A DNA stretch of 64,000 nucleotides from Sedimentisphaerales bacterium (GTDB lineage Bacteria; Planctomycetota; Phycisphaerae; Sedimentisphaerales; SM23-30): assembly GCA_963663965.2 (NCBI GenBank), contig CAXXFK010000001.1:192001-256000 (forward strand). Reading direction: 5' to 3'. Shown one piece after another: positions 52,693 through 61,255 of the stretch. Under the pieces are notes generated by a model. That model was not told the origin of the DNA. It was given only the letters and a program-made list of their open reading frames with translations, and did not search any database. How positions within the stretch are numbered: position 1 is the first letter of the stretch; every line of letters starts with the position of its first letter. Position numbers and translations under genes: made by a program.

Positions 52693-53138
52693 AAGGAATG
52701 ACGCTTATCGTTAAAGAAGTGACCAACCTGGTTATCGGATTTATTTTGCTGTTTTCGATCTATCTGGTGTTATACGGCCATCTTTCGCCCGGCGGTGGAT
52801 TTGTGGGCGGGGTCATGCTGAGTTGCGGCCTGATCCTGCTGATCCTGGCGCACGGCAAGGAAACGTTCAATACCCTGATCGATGACCGAGCCATGACCCT
52901 GTGGGATTGTATCGGAGCACTGCTGTTTCTGGTCCTGGCTTTGCTGGGGTATAGCGCCGGTATATTTTTCGCCAATATTTTTTCGGCCTGGGGCAGACCG
53001 TTCACCCTGGTCAGTGGCGGGACAATACCTCTGGCCAATATTGCCATTGGCATTAAAGTCGGTGCGTGTCTGGCCGGGGCCTTTATCGCGCTGGTGGTGA
53101 CGGGCAAAGCCAAACAATCGCTATCCGGAGATCTGTAA
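52689..53138 (+). CDS. MrpB/MbhF-like subunit
   Basis: GHLSPGGGFVGG; IGIKV. Confidence 0.9.
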   Translation: MKGMTLIVKEVTNLVIGFILLFSIYLVLYGHLSPGGGFVGGVMLSCGLILLILAHGKETFNTLIDDRAMTLWDCIGALLFLVLALLGYSAGIFFANIFSAWGRPFTLVSGGTIPLANIAIGIKVGACLAGAFIALVVTGKAKQSLSGDL

Positions 53139-53140
53139 TC

Positions 53141-53503
53141 ATGAACACTGGAATGATACCTTACTTTCTTGCCATGCTGGTTATCGGGATCGGTCTGTAC
53201 GCGATCATCGCCAAAAAGAACATTATCAAAATCATCGTCGGGTTGATCATTCTCGACTACGGCGCCAATCTGTTTTTGATATTATGCGGGTATCGTCATG
53301 AGGGCATTGCCCCGATCCGGACACCGGATATGGCCGCGGATTCATTTGTCGCCACATCGGTCGATCCGGTGCCACAGGCATTGATTCTAACCTCGATCGT
53401 GATCGGTTTGGGACTGGTAGCCCTGATGGCGGCAATTGCCATACGAATTTATGAAAAATACCGAACCTTCGATATTACCCGGATTCGCCAGTTGAAGGGA
53501 TAA
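53141..53503 (+). CDS. MrpC/MbhG-like subunit
   Basis: KNIIKIIVGL; DPVPQALILTSIVIG. Confidence 0.92.
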   Translation: MNTGMIPYFLAMLVIGIGLYAIIAKKNIIKIIVGLIILDYGANLFLILCGYRHEGIAPIRTPDMAADSFVATSVDPVPQALILTSIVIGLGLVALMAAIAIRIYEKYRTFDITRIRQLKG

Positions 53504-53508
53504 TTATT

Positions 53509-55035
53509 ATGAATGCTATTCTGCCTTTGTTTGTTGTGATTCCGCTGGCGCTGGCTTTTATTCTGCCGTTGCTTGAGAAGCGCTCATACGGTTCGTTCCT
53601 GAGCCGGGCACTCGCCGTGCTGGCTTCAATAGTCCTGCTGATTCTGGCCGTCAGCCTGCTGTTCAGCCCATCTTCGATCAGTTGGATCGGAGGGTGGTCG
53701 CCTTCCAAAGGTTCGATAGGAATCAGTATGGTGCTGGATCCGCTCAGCGCCATGATGATGGTGATCGTTACGGTGGTTGCCCTGGCCGCGACACTCTATT
53801 CGCTGAATTACATGAAACGCTTTACCTCAGAACCACTCTTCTACTGCCTGTTCTTTCTGATGATCGCCGGTATTCATGGCGTTGTCCTGACGGGCGATAT
53901 TTTCAATCTGTATGTCTTCCTGGAAGTCGCCGCCATCGCCAGCTATTCGCTGGTGGCATTCGGATGCGAAATGGAGGAGTTGGAGGCCTCTTTCAAGTAC
54001 CTGGTGCTGGGATCGATCGGCTCAATCTTTATCTTTCTGGGGATCGGAATTATTTATAACCAGACCGGACATCTCAACTTGCAGTTCATTCGCGCCAATT
54101 TGCCGCCTGACAATGGCGCGGTTATGATCGCGGCGGCCTTTTTCCTGACCGGTTTCAGTCTCAAAGCCGCCATGGTGCCGTTTCACGCCTGGCTGCCGGA
54201 CGCCCATCCATCGGCGCCGGCCCCCATCTCTGCCATGCTGTCGGGGATACTCATCAAAGCCCTGGGAGTTTATACCATGATCCGGGTCTTCTTTACGACC
54301 ATGATCCTTAATCGCGAACTGGTCTGGGTACTGATCACCCTGGGGGCAGTCAGCATGGTGATCGGGGTTTTTCTGGCCGTGGGACAATGGGATTTCAAAC
54401 GGTTGTTGGCTTATCATTCGATCAGCCAGATGGGCTATGTCGTTCTCAGTCTGGGCGTGGCCGGTGAGATGCTGCTGAACAATAATTGTACGGTCGCGTC
54501 ATTGGCTTTGCTGGGCGGATTGTTTCACATGGCCAACCATGCCACCTTCAAATCATTGCTGTTTCTCTGTTCCGGCGCAGCGGAGTATGCGACTGGAGTA
54601 CGTCAGCTCAAACTGCTGGGCGGTTTAAAATATCGCATGCCGGTTACTGGCGCCTGCCTGCGTATCGGGGCCTTGAGCATTTCGGGAATCCCGCCCTTTA
54701 ACGGATTCTGGAGCAAACTGATTATTGTAATCGCCGTCCTCCAGGCCGGGCATCCACTACTGGGCGCCATGACCGTACTGGTCAGTTTTATGACACTCCT
54801 GTCATTTATCAAAGTACAGCGCTATATTCTCGATGGCGAACCCTCCGAACGAGTTACTCAGGCCCGTGAAGTGCCGGTTGGTATGCAACTGGCAATGGTC
54901 TTACTGGCAGTGATCTGCCTGGGGGCGGGTTTGTTATTGCCTGTTTACAAAGACATCTTTTTCGAAAACGCCGGTCGGATCGTGACAGACTCCATAACGA
55001 GTACGATTCAACTTCTGGCTGGAAGCGGAGGCTAA
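53509..55035 (+). CDS. MrpD/MbhH-like antiporter subunit
   Basis: DIFNLYVFLE, EASFKY, KAAMVPFHAWLPDAH, KRLLAYHS, GIPPFNGF.SK. Confidence 0.92.
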   Translation: MNAILPLFVVIPLALAFILPLLEKRSYGSFLSRALAVLASIVLLILAVSLLFSPSSISWIGGWSPSKGSIGISMVLDPLSAMMMVIVTVVALAATLYSLNYMKRFTSEPLFYCLFFLMIAGIHGVVLTGDIFNLYVFLEVAAIASYSLVAFGCEMEELEASFKYLVLGSIGSIFIFLGIGIIYNQTGHLNLQFIRANLPPDNGAVMIAAAFFLTGFSLKAAMVPFHAWLPDAHPSAPAPISAMLSGILIKALGVYTMIRVFFTTMILNRELVWVLITLGAVSMVIGVFLAVGQWDFKRLLAYHSISQMGYVVLSLGVAGEMLLNNNCTVASLALLGGLFHMANHATFKSLLFLCSGAAEYATGVRQLKLLGGLKYRMPVTGACLRIGALSISGIPPFNGFWSKLIIVIAVLQAGHPLLGAMTVLVSFMTLLSFIKVQRYILDGEPSERVTQAREVPVGMQLAMVLLAVICLGAGLLLPVYKDIFFENAGRIVTDSITSTIQLLAGSGG

Positions 55036-55038
55036 GCG

Positions 55039-55524
55039 ATGAAATACCTGGCTTCGTTTATTATGTTGTTACTGCTCTGGCTGATACTGGCTAATCCGGA
55101 TTCAGCCTGGGAGTGGCTTACCGGCGCGGCAGTGGCATTGCTACTCTCTGTTGTGTTAGGGCGGCTCTATCGCCCTGTTCCAATCGCCATCCTCGATCCG
55201 GTACGCTGGCTCTGGTTTGTAGTGTATGCTCTCTATTTCATTTACTACTGTATCCGCGCCAATCTGGATGTGGCCTATCGGGCGCTGCATCCGGATATGC
55301 CGATTCGTCCCGGGATTGTCAAAGTCCAGACCCGATTAAAAAGCGATATTGCCAAAACCTTCCTGGCCAACTCGATTACTCTGACGCCCGGCACACTCAC
55401 CATAGACATCATGGGCAACTCGCTGTTCATACACTGGATCAATATCGTCACTGACGACCCGGACGGGCAAACGGATATTATTGTCAGACGTTTCGAAACC
55501 CTTTTGGAAAGGATCTTCGAATGA
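55039..55524 (+). CDS. MrpE/MbhA-like subunit
   Basis: ANLDVA; ANSITLTPGT. Confidence 0.92.
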   Translation: MKYLASFIMLLLLWLILANPDSAWEWLTGAAVALLLSVVLGRLYRPVPIAILDPVRWLWFVVYALYFIYYCIRANLDVAYRALHPDMPIRPGIVKVQTRLKSDIAKTFLANSITLTPGTLTIDIMGNSLFIHWINIVTDDPDGQTDIIVRRFETLLERIFE

Positions 55525-55778
55525 TTACCATAGGAATGTGGATACTGATCATCGCCAGTTTTCTGTGCCTTTACCGGATAGCCGCGGGGCCAACCGCGCC
55601 GGACCGCACAGTTGCCATCGATATACTCGGTACCCTGATGATCGGCTTTGTCTGTCTGTTCGCTCTGCTGCACAAGCAGGATTTTTATATGAATATCGCG
55701 CTGGCCTGGGCCCTGCTCAGTTTTATCGGATCCATTGCCCTGGCCAAATATCTGGAAGGCAGGCATTTCCATGAATGA
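55521..55778 (+). CDS. MrpF/MbhB-like subunit
   Basis: RIAAGPTAPDRTVAID..AKYL. Confidence 0.92.
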   Translation: MITIGMWILIIASFLCLYRIAAGPTAPDRTVAIDILGTLMIGFVCLFALLHKQDFYMNIALAWALLSFIGSIALAKYLEGRHFHE

Positions 55779-56121
55779 GTTGATTGGATCCATCCTGATT
55801 GGAATCGGACTGGCTTTTGACCTGGTCGGCGTCATTGGCCTGGTTCGCTTCCCTGATATCTACAATCGGTTACAGGCCGCCACCAAATGTGTTACACTAG
55901 GCACCGCCACCCTGTTGCTGGGTGTGGCCGTTTATGACGGTGGTTTTGCCCTGGGCGCCAAGGCTTTGCTCTGTGCCGTTTTCATTCTGCTCACCTCGCC
56001 CGTCGGGGCACACGCCATTGCCCGGGGCGCACATATTTCCGGCATCCGGCTTTGGGAGGGCAGCGTCTGCGACCGTTACCGGGAGGTACCCAAACAGGAG
56101 TCTGGCCATGAAGAAGCCTAA
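55771..56121 (+). CDS. MrpG/MbhC-like subunit
   Basis: GLVRFPDIYNRLQAATK; SPVGAHAIARGA. Confidence 0.92.
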   Translation: MNELIGSILIGIGLAFDLVGVIGLVRFPDIYNRLQAATKCVTLGTATLLLGVAVYDGGFALGAKALLCAVFILLTSPVGAHAIARGAHISGIRLWEGSVCDRYREVPKQESGHEEA

Positions 56122-56725
56122 ACTGCGAGAACTCGGCGAAGCCATTCGCTCACTGCTGAGTCCGGCTTTTACCACGCGATTTCCAGCTGTTCCAGCGCCG
56201 GCCCCGCCGGCTTATCGGGGTAAAGGCAAGTTCCACGATGAACAGTGTATTGGCTGCGGCGCCTGTGCCGAGGTCTGCCCGGCCGACGCTATCGAAGTGA
56301 TCGATAATATCACTGATGATACACCAATGCGTACCTTGATACGGCATGATGATATCTGCATTTTCTGTGGCCAGTGTCAGTCTTTATGTACAACGGAACA
56401 AGGCATTGAATGCACACCCGAATACGAACTGTCCACCTTTGATCGTGCCACTTGTGCGGTATCGGTGCAAAAAGAGCTGGTTTTATGCCGGCTCTGCGGC
56501 GAGACGATAACCACCAAAGACCACCTCCGCTGGCTGGCGGATAAACTGGGCACCAAACGTTACGCCAATCCAACTCTGATACTGATTAAAGAAGCACAAC
56601 TCGGGTTGCTTCCGCCGGAAACCGCGCCGCCACCGCGTCCTCATGAACCGGATCGGGGTGATACCATGCAGGTTTTATGTCCGCATTGCCGACGACAGGT
56701 CATTTTAAAGGAGATTTGGGGATGA
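56108..56725 (+). CDS. NuoI/HycF/MbhN-like 2x[4Fe-4S] subunit with extra CxxC pairs
   Basis: CIGCGACAEVCP, CIFCGQCQSLC, CRLC, CPHC. Confidence 0.9.
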   Translation: MKKPKLRELGEAIRSLLSPAFTTRFPAVPAPAPPAYRGKGKFHDEQCIGCGACAEVCPADAIEVIDNITDDTPMRTLIRHDDICIFCGQCQSLCTTEQGIECTPEYELSTFDRATCAVSVQKELVLCRLCGETITTKDHLRWLADKLGTKRYANPTLILIKEAQLGLLPPETAPPPRPHEPDRGDTMQVLCPHCRRQVILKEIWG

Positions 56726-57261
56726 CCATTCATGATATGCTTGCCCGGAACCTTGACAAAGAATCGCTCATTCTGGGGGTGGGCAACCGCCTTTTTGGCG
56801 ATGATGCTTTTGGACCGGCTGTCATCGACGGCCTGCGTGACCGGACATCGCTGGCATTGCTCAACGGAGGCATTGCCCCGGAAAATCTCTTCGGGCCCAT
56901 CTCCCGCCTGGCGCCTACCCGTGTCATTATCGCCGATGCCGTTTCGCTAAATGCTCCCTTTGGCAGCCTGCACTGGCTCGAACCGGATGAGCTGGATGGC
57001 GCCGCCATTTCTACCCACGGCCCGCCGCTTGACCTGGTGGTGGCGATTATTACGCAGTATATCAAAGCCCGGGTACATATCATCGGAGTGGTGCCCGCGA
57101 CTCTCGGGTTAAATCAGGCCATGTCACCGGAAGTGCAAAAAGCTACCCAAACGGTCGTTGCCTCCATCGCCGATCTGTTTCCGGCCGATCCCTCAGTCAT
57201 ACAATCGCTTGATTCCGACCCAATTTCGCACCGGACTCACAGGCGTACCGAACCCAAATAA
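56722..57261 (+). CDS. hydrogenase maturation protease (HycI-like)
   Basis: LGVGNRLFGDDAFGP, PEN, DA, STH motifs. Confidence 0.88.
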   Translation: MTIHDMLARNLDKESLILGVGNRLFGDDAFGPAVIDGLRDRTSLALLNGGIAPENLFGPISRLAPTRVIIADAVSLNAPFGSLHWLEPDELDGAAISTHGPPLDLVVAIITQYIKARVHIIGVVPATLGLNQAMSPEVQKATQTVVASIADLFPADPSVIQSLDSDPISHRTHRRTEPK

Positions 57262-57279
57262 CCTGATCAACAACATTAC

Positions 57280-59712
57280 TCAGCCGATTAAGGTATCGTA
57301 GGGCCACATTTCCAGCCCCCCTTCCAGCACCCGTACCTGATCAAAACCGGCCGCATCCAGAATCAGGGAGGCTTCATACGCGCGCAAACCGGAATTACAA
57401 AGCGTAACAATCAATTTGTTACCATCCAATTCGTTGGCTCGTTCACGTAACACACCCAGGGGGATATTCCGGACATAAGGCAGATGATTATGTTCCACTT
57501 CCATGGCGGTTCGCACATCAAGCAGAATCATATCCGCCCCTGAGCGGATCAGGTCGTATAGCTCCGCAGCCCCAATTCCTTTTAAATAGCCATCCAGCTT
57601 ATTGCACGCGATATTGGTGGCTGTAATCAGGTTATCCATGACCGGTGAAAAACTGGGCGCGTAACAAAGATCCAGATTACTCATGTCATCGACAGTCATA
57701 TGATTGGTAATTGCCAGCGCCGCCAAATTGACCCGGGCAACCGCGCTACCAGGCCCCACCGCCTGGGCGCCCAGCAAACGACGGCTGGCTTTATCAACCA
57801 CCAGTTTCAGTTTAATAGTAGCCGCTCCGGGCGCGAAATGTTCACGATCCGGCGCCGGATTTAATACGGTGATAGTATCATAGCCCCGCTCGCGGGCCTC
57901 CCGTTCGGTAAATCCGGTCCGAGCGATCTCGTAGTCGAACACCTTACAGCCGATACTGCCAATCACGCCCCGATAGGCCTTATCGCCGCCACAGACATTG
58001 ACAGCCACTACACGCCCCTGCTTATTGGCCGTTGAACCCAGTGGGATATGACAGCCCTGACCGCTGATCAGATGAATGGATTCGACACAGTCACCTGCGG
58101 CAAAAATATCCGGATCGGAGGTCCGAAGTTGTGCGTCCACTTTGATCCCCCCGGTCTTACCGAGTTCCAATCCGGCCTGGCGCGCCAATTCGGAATTGGG
58201 GCGTACCCCGGTCGATAAGATCACCATATCCGCCGGGAGAATCCCCCGACTGGTAGCCACCGCTTCAACCTGATCGCCGCCGATCAGCCGTTTTGTTTCG
58301 GTTTGGGTCAGAACTTTAACGCCATGCGCTTCCAGATAATTCTCCACCAGACGGGCAATCTGGTCATCCAGTATCCTCAGGATCTGAGACCGTTTCTCGA
58401 CGATACTGACCCGGCAGCCTTTACGCGCCAGCGCTTCTGTCACTTCGATTCCTACCAGGCCGCCCCCTAAAATAACGACATCGTGGGCCCGGCCGCGCTC
58501 CAACTCGGTCTTGATCCCTTCAGCGTCGGCGACACCCCACAAAGTAAATACATTGCGCAAACGCAATCCTTCGATATCCGGCATGACCGGCCGGGCGCCG
58601 GTGGCCAGAACCAGTTTATCATAATCCAGCCAGGTCTCTTTTTTGCTGACGTAATCACGCACCAGGATTCGTTTATGAGCGCGGTCAATCTCCAACGCCT
58701 CGGTCTGATTCATGATATGAACGTTCTTGACTTTCTGAAAGAAAACCGGGTCGCGAACGATACCCGCTGAAGAACTCATTAATTCGTATTGGTTTTTTAC
58801 TTCACCTGAAATGTAATATGGCAGACCGCAGCCGGCATAAGAAAGTAACTTCCCTTTTTCGATAATCGTCACGTCCGCTTCCGGAATCAGGCGGATAATC
58901 TTGGCGGCCACCTTGGGACCAGCAGCCACCCCGCCGACGATAATCACTTTCAATCGTTGTGCCATGGGCATATCCCCACTTTTCTGGATATGAGAGGGTT
59001 TTATTACGGGAAATTGTATAATGAATTCTGCCCCACCATAACGTGAACGGTCCACCTCGATCGTTCCACCCGCCGCATCGATTACTGCCTTCACAAAAGC
59101 CAGCCCCAGCCCAGAACCTGTGCGGGCAGCATTACTGCTGGATTGCGACCGGAAAAAAGGCATCAGTACCAGATCTCGCTCGGATTCAGCAATACCCGGC
59201 CCGGAATCTCCCACACGCAAACGAATGCGTTCGGAGGATTCAGTGTATTCGACAACGACATCGATATGGCCATGATCCGGTGTGTACTTTAACGCATTGT
59301 TAATCAGCGCTTCGATGGCCTCGATCAGCGCTGGTTCGTGGCTTTTTACCCAATCCTGTCCGGACATGGTGTTGTTATGTAGATTCAAATGGATGTGATG
59401 GCTTCTGGCAAGATCGTGATAACGGCCGGCGGCCTGTTCAACTGCCTTTACCAGGCTGGTATTGCCACGCAGGCTGTCGGGATTATGAATGGCCCGTGCG
59501 ATAGACAGCAATTGCTGGGCAGTCTGGATCGATTCATCGCAACGAAGTATGGCCTTTTCCAATAATTCTTTTTGTTTCGGGGTTAAAGGCCCGGCAAATT
59601 CACCCAATAGAACTTTTAGCAGACTGGCCACTGCGCTGACCGGTGTTTTTAATTGATGCGCGATCACAGCGGCATATTGCATCGGATCGGTTGGATCGAA
59701 TCGGGTTCCCAT
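57280..59712 (-). CDS. histidine kinase (HisKA-HATPase) in frame with CoA-disulfide/persulfide reductase and rhodanese domains
   Basis: H box AHQLKTP, N box NNALKYT, DSGPGI, GSGLGL; then GGVAAG, SYAGCGLPY, GGGLVG, AGDC, YAP; rhodanese DVR..CNSGLRA. May be two genes (see findings). Confidence 0.75.
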   Translation of the reverse strand: MGTRFDPTDPMQYAAVIAHQLKTPVSAVASLLKVLLGEFAGPLTPKQKELLEKAILRCDESIQTAQQLLSIARAIHNPDSLRGNTSLVKAVEQAAGRYHDLARSHHIHLNLHNNTMSGQDWVKSHEPALIEAIEALINNALKYTPDHGHIDVVVEYTESSERIRLRVGDSGPGIAESERDLVLMPFFRSQSSSNAARTGSGLGLAFVKAVIDAAGGTIEVDRSRYGGAEFIIQFPVIKPSHIQKSGDMPMAQRLKVIIVGGVAAGPKVAAKIIRLIPEADVTIIEKGKLLSYAGCGLPYYISGEVKNQYELMSSSAGIVRDPVFFQKVKNVHIMNQTEALEIDRAHKRILVRDYVSKKETWLDYDKLVLATGARPVMPDIEGLRLRNVFTLWGVADAEGIKTELERGRAHDVVILGGGLVGIEVTEALARKGCRVSIVEKRSQILRILDDQIARLVENYLEAHGVKVLTQTETKRLIGGDQVEAVATSRGILPADMVILSTGVRPNSELARQAGLELGKTGGIKVDAQLRTSDPDIFAAGDCVESIHLISGQGCHIPLGSTANKQGRVVAVNVCGGDKAYRGVIGSIGCKVFDYEIARTGFTEREARERGYDTITVLNPAPDREHFAPGAATIKLKLVVDKASRRLLGAQAVGPGSAVARVNLAALAITNHMTVDDMSNLDLCYAPSFSPVMDNLITATNIACNKLDGYLKGIGAAELYDLIRSGADMILLDVRTAMEVEHNHLPYVRNIPLGVLRERANELDGNKLIVTLCNSGLRAYEASLILDAAGFDQVRVLEGGLEMWPYDTLIG

Positions 59713-60117
59713 TTTAAACTGACGTTATTGCTCCATTTGATTAAATACTATCTTAATTTCCAGATCAACGTATTTCAATCTTTTTCCTCTTTTTAATATA
59801 CACAGTGTTTTTTATTTTGTTGACAAAATAAAAAGCTATGCGTTTTTGTTCAAAATGAATACCGACTTTCCCGTCTATCTGGCTAATTCTGCTATTTTAA
59901 CTGTTATGATTTATATGCTTCTATAATTAAGCCTCATAGTAAAAGCAGCATAATGGATCAATATTAATGCCTTTAGTGATATTTATTGATGTCTATGTTT
60001 CAACAGAGCTTGTTAAAGATACGTATCATCTAAATTCTTTTCAAATCTACCATAGATTCAAATACTAAGAATAATCTGGTTAATCCATATATTATAAATT
60101 GCGTATATTACGACTGA

Positions 60118-61069
60118 TCAATAGCTGTGGACGGCTTTGAGGGCGAAGAGGCCGGTGGGGAGGGGGATGGGGTTGGTGCGGCGGTGGTATTGGCCGGTTT
60201 GTCGGAAGGTTTGGAGTTGCTGGCGGATGTAGGTTTCGGAGCCGATGGCCAGGCCGTCGATGAAGTGTTTGAACTGTTGCAGGAAGAGGCCGGGGTGGGC
60301 GAAACCCAGGGAGCGTTCGTTTTCGAGGATGGCGGCGGGGATTGGGGGGTGCTTGGCTTGGGAATCGGCGTCTGAGGGTGCGAGGTTGCCGCGGTAGGTG
60401 AGGCGGTGGGTGTAATCTTTGAGGGCTTGGGGCTCGGTGGTGCGCTGGTCGAAGAGTTGATGGAGGGGGCAGCAGCCAGGCGGCGGCGTGGCGGTTTTGG
60501 GTGCGCTGATGGTGGGAGCAGAACTCGTAATCGGCGGGGTGGGCGGCCTGGCCGGCGCGGACGGGGTTGAGATCGACGTAGAGCATGCAGTCGCGGACGG
60601 CGCGTAAGTCTTTGAGGAATACAGACTTGAAGCGCGTGGCCCAGAAGCGGCCGCGGCGTTCGAAGGTCTGGTTGTACCATTTGGCGAAGCGGGCCTGGAG
60701 GTTGCGGAGGAGCTCGGAGAGGTCGAAGAGGCGGTCGTTGAAGCGCTGCCATTGGGCCGGGGACCAGTTGGCGATGATTTCCTGGGAATGGGGGCCGGGG
60801 TAGAGGAGGTGGGCGCGGCGTGCGAGTTCGGCGGGCGGGAGCTGGGATTTGGGGTCGAAGCGGAGGATGAGGTGGTAGTGGTTGCCCATGAGGGCGAAGG
60901 CGGCGACTTCGCAGCAGTAGGCGCGGGTGTAGTGCTGGATGAGGGCGAGGAGTTTGCGGCGGCAATTGGGCTGCTGGAGCGGGCGGTCGGCGGGTGAGCC
61001 GGCGATGCGGCTGTAGACGTGGTAGAAGGCGGCGAACCGGGTCTGCTTGAAGCGAAGGCGGCATGACAT
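60118..61069 (-). mobile_element. RAYT/IS200-like Y1 (HUH) transposase; +1 frameshift at 60465-60469
   Basis: YHVYSR, MGNHYHL (HUH), RGRFWATRFKS, YVDLNPVRAG. Removing one C restores the tail ..FKHFIDGLAIGSETYI..SY* ending at 60118. Confidence 0.85.
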
Positions 61070-61255
61070 AACGTAACTCCTTTTATATAAATACGATATA
61101 CTAATTAATGATTGGTATGAGGGCTTTGGATAGTTGAAGGATAATGGGTGAAGAAAGAGTTGTCAACCAAATAATATACACTGTGTATAAAAAATAGTGT
61201 TATAGAATTATAATAAAAAAGGTTATGGGTGTGATATAATTTTCCGGAGCTTTAT

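Noticed and set aside
60108..61064. 318-aa Pro/Arg-rich ORF
   Set aside because: Off-frame reading of the C-rich transposase gene.
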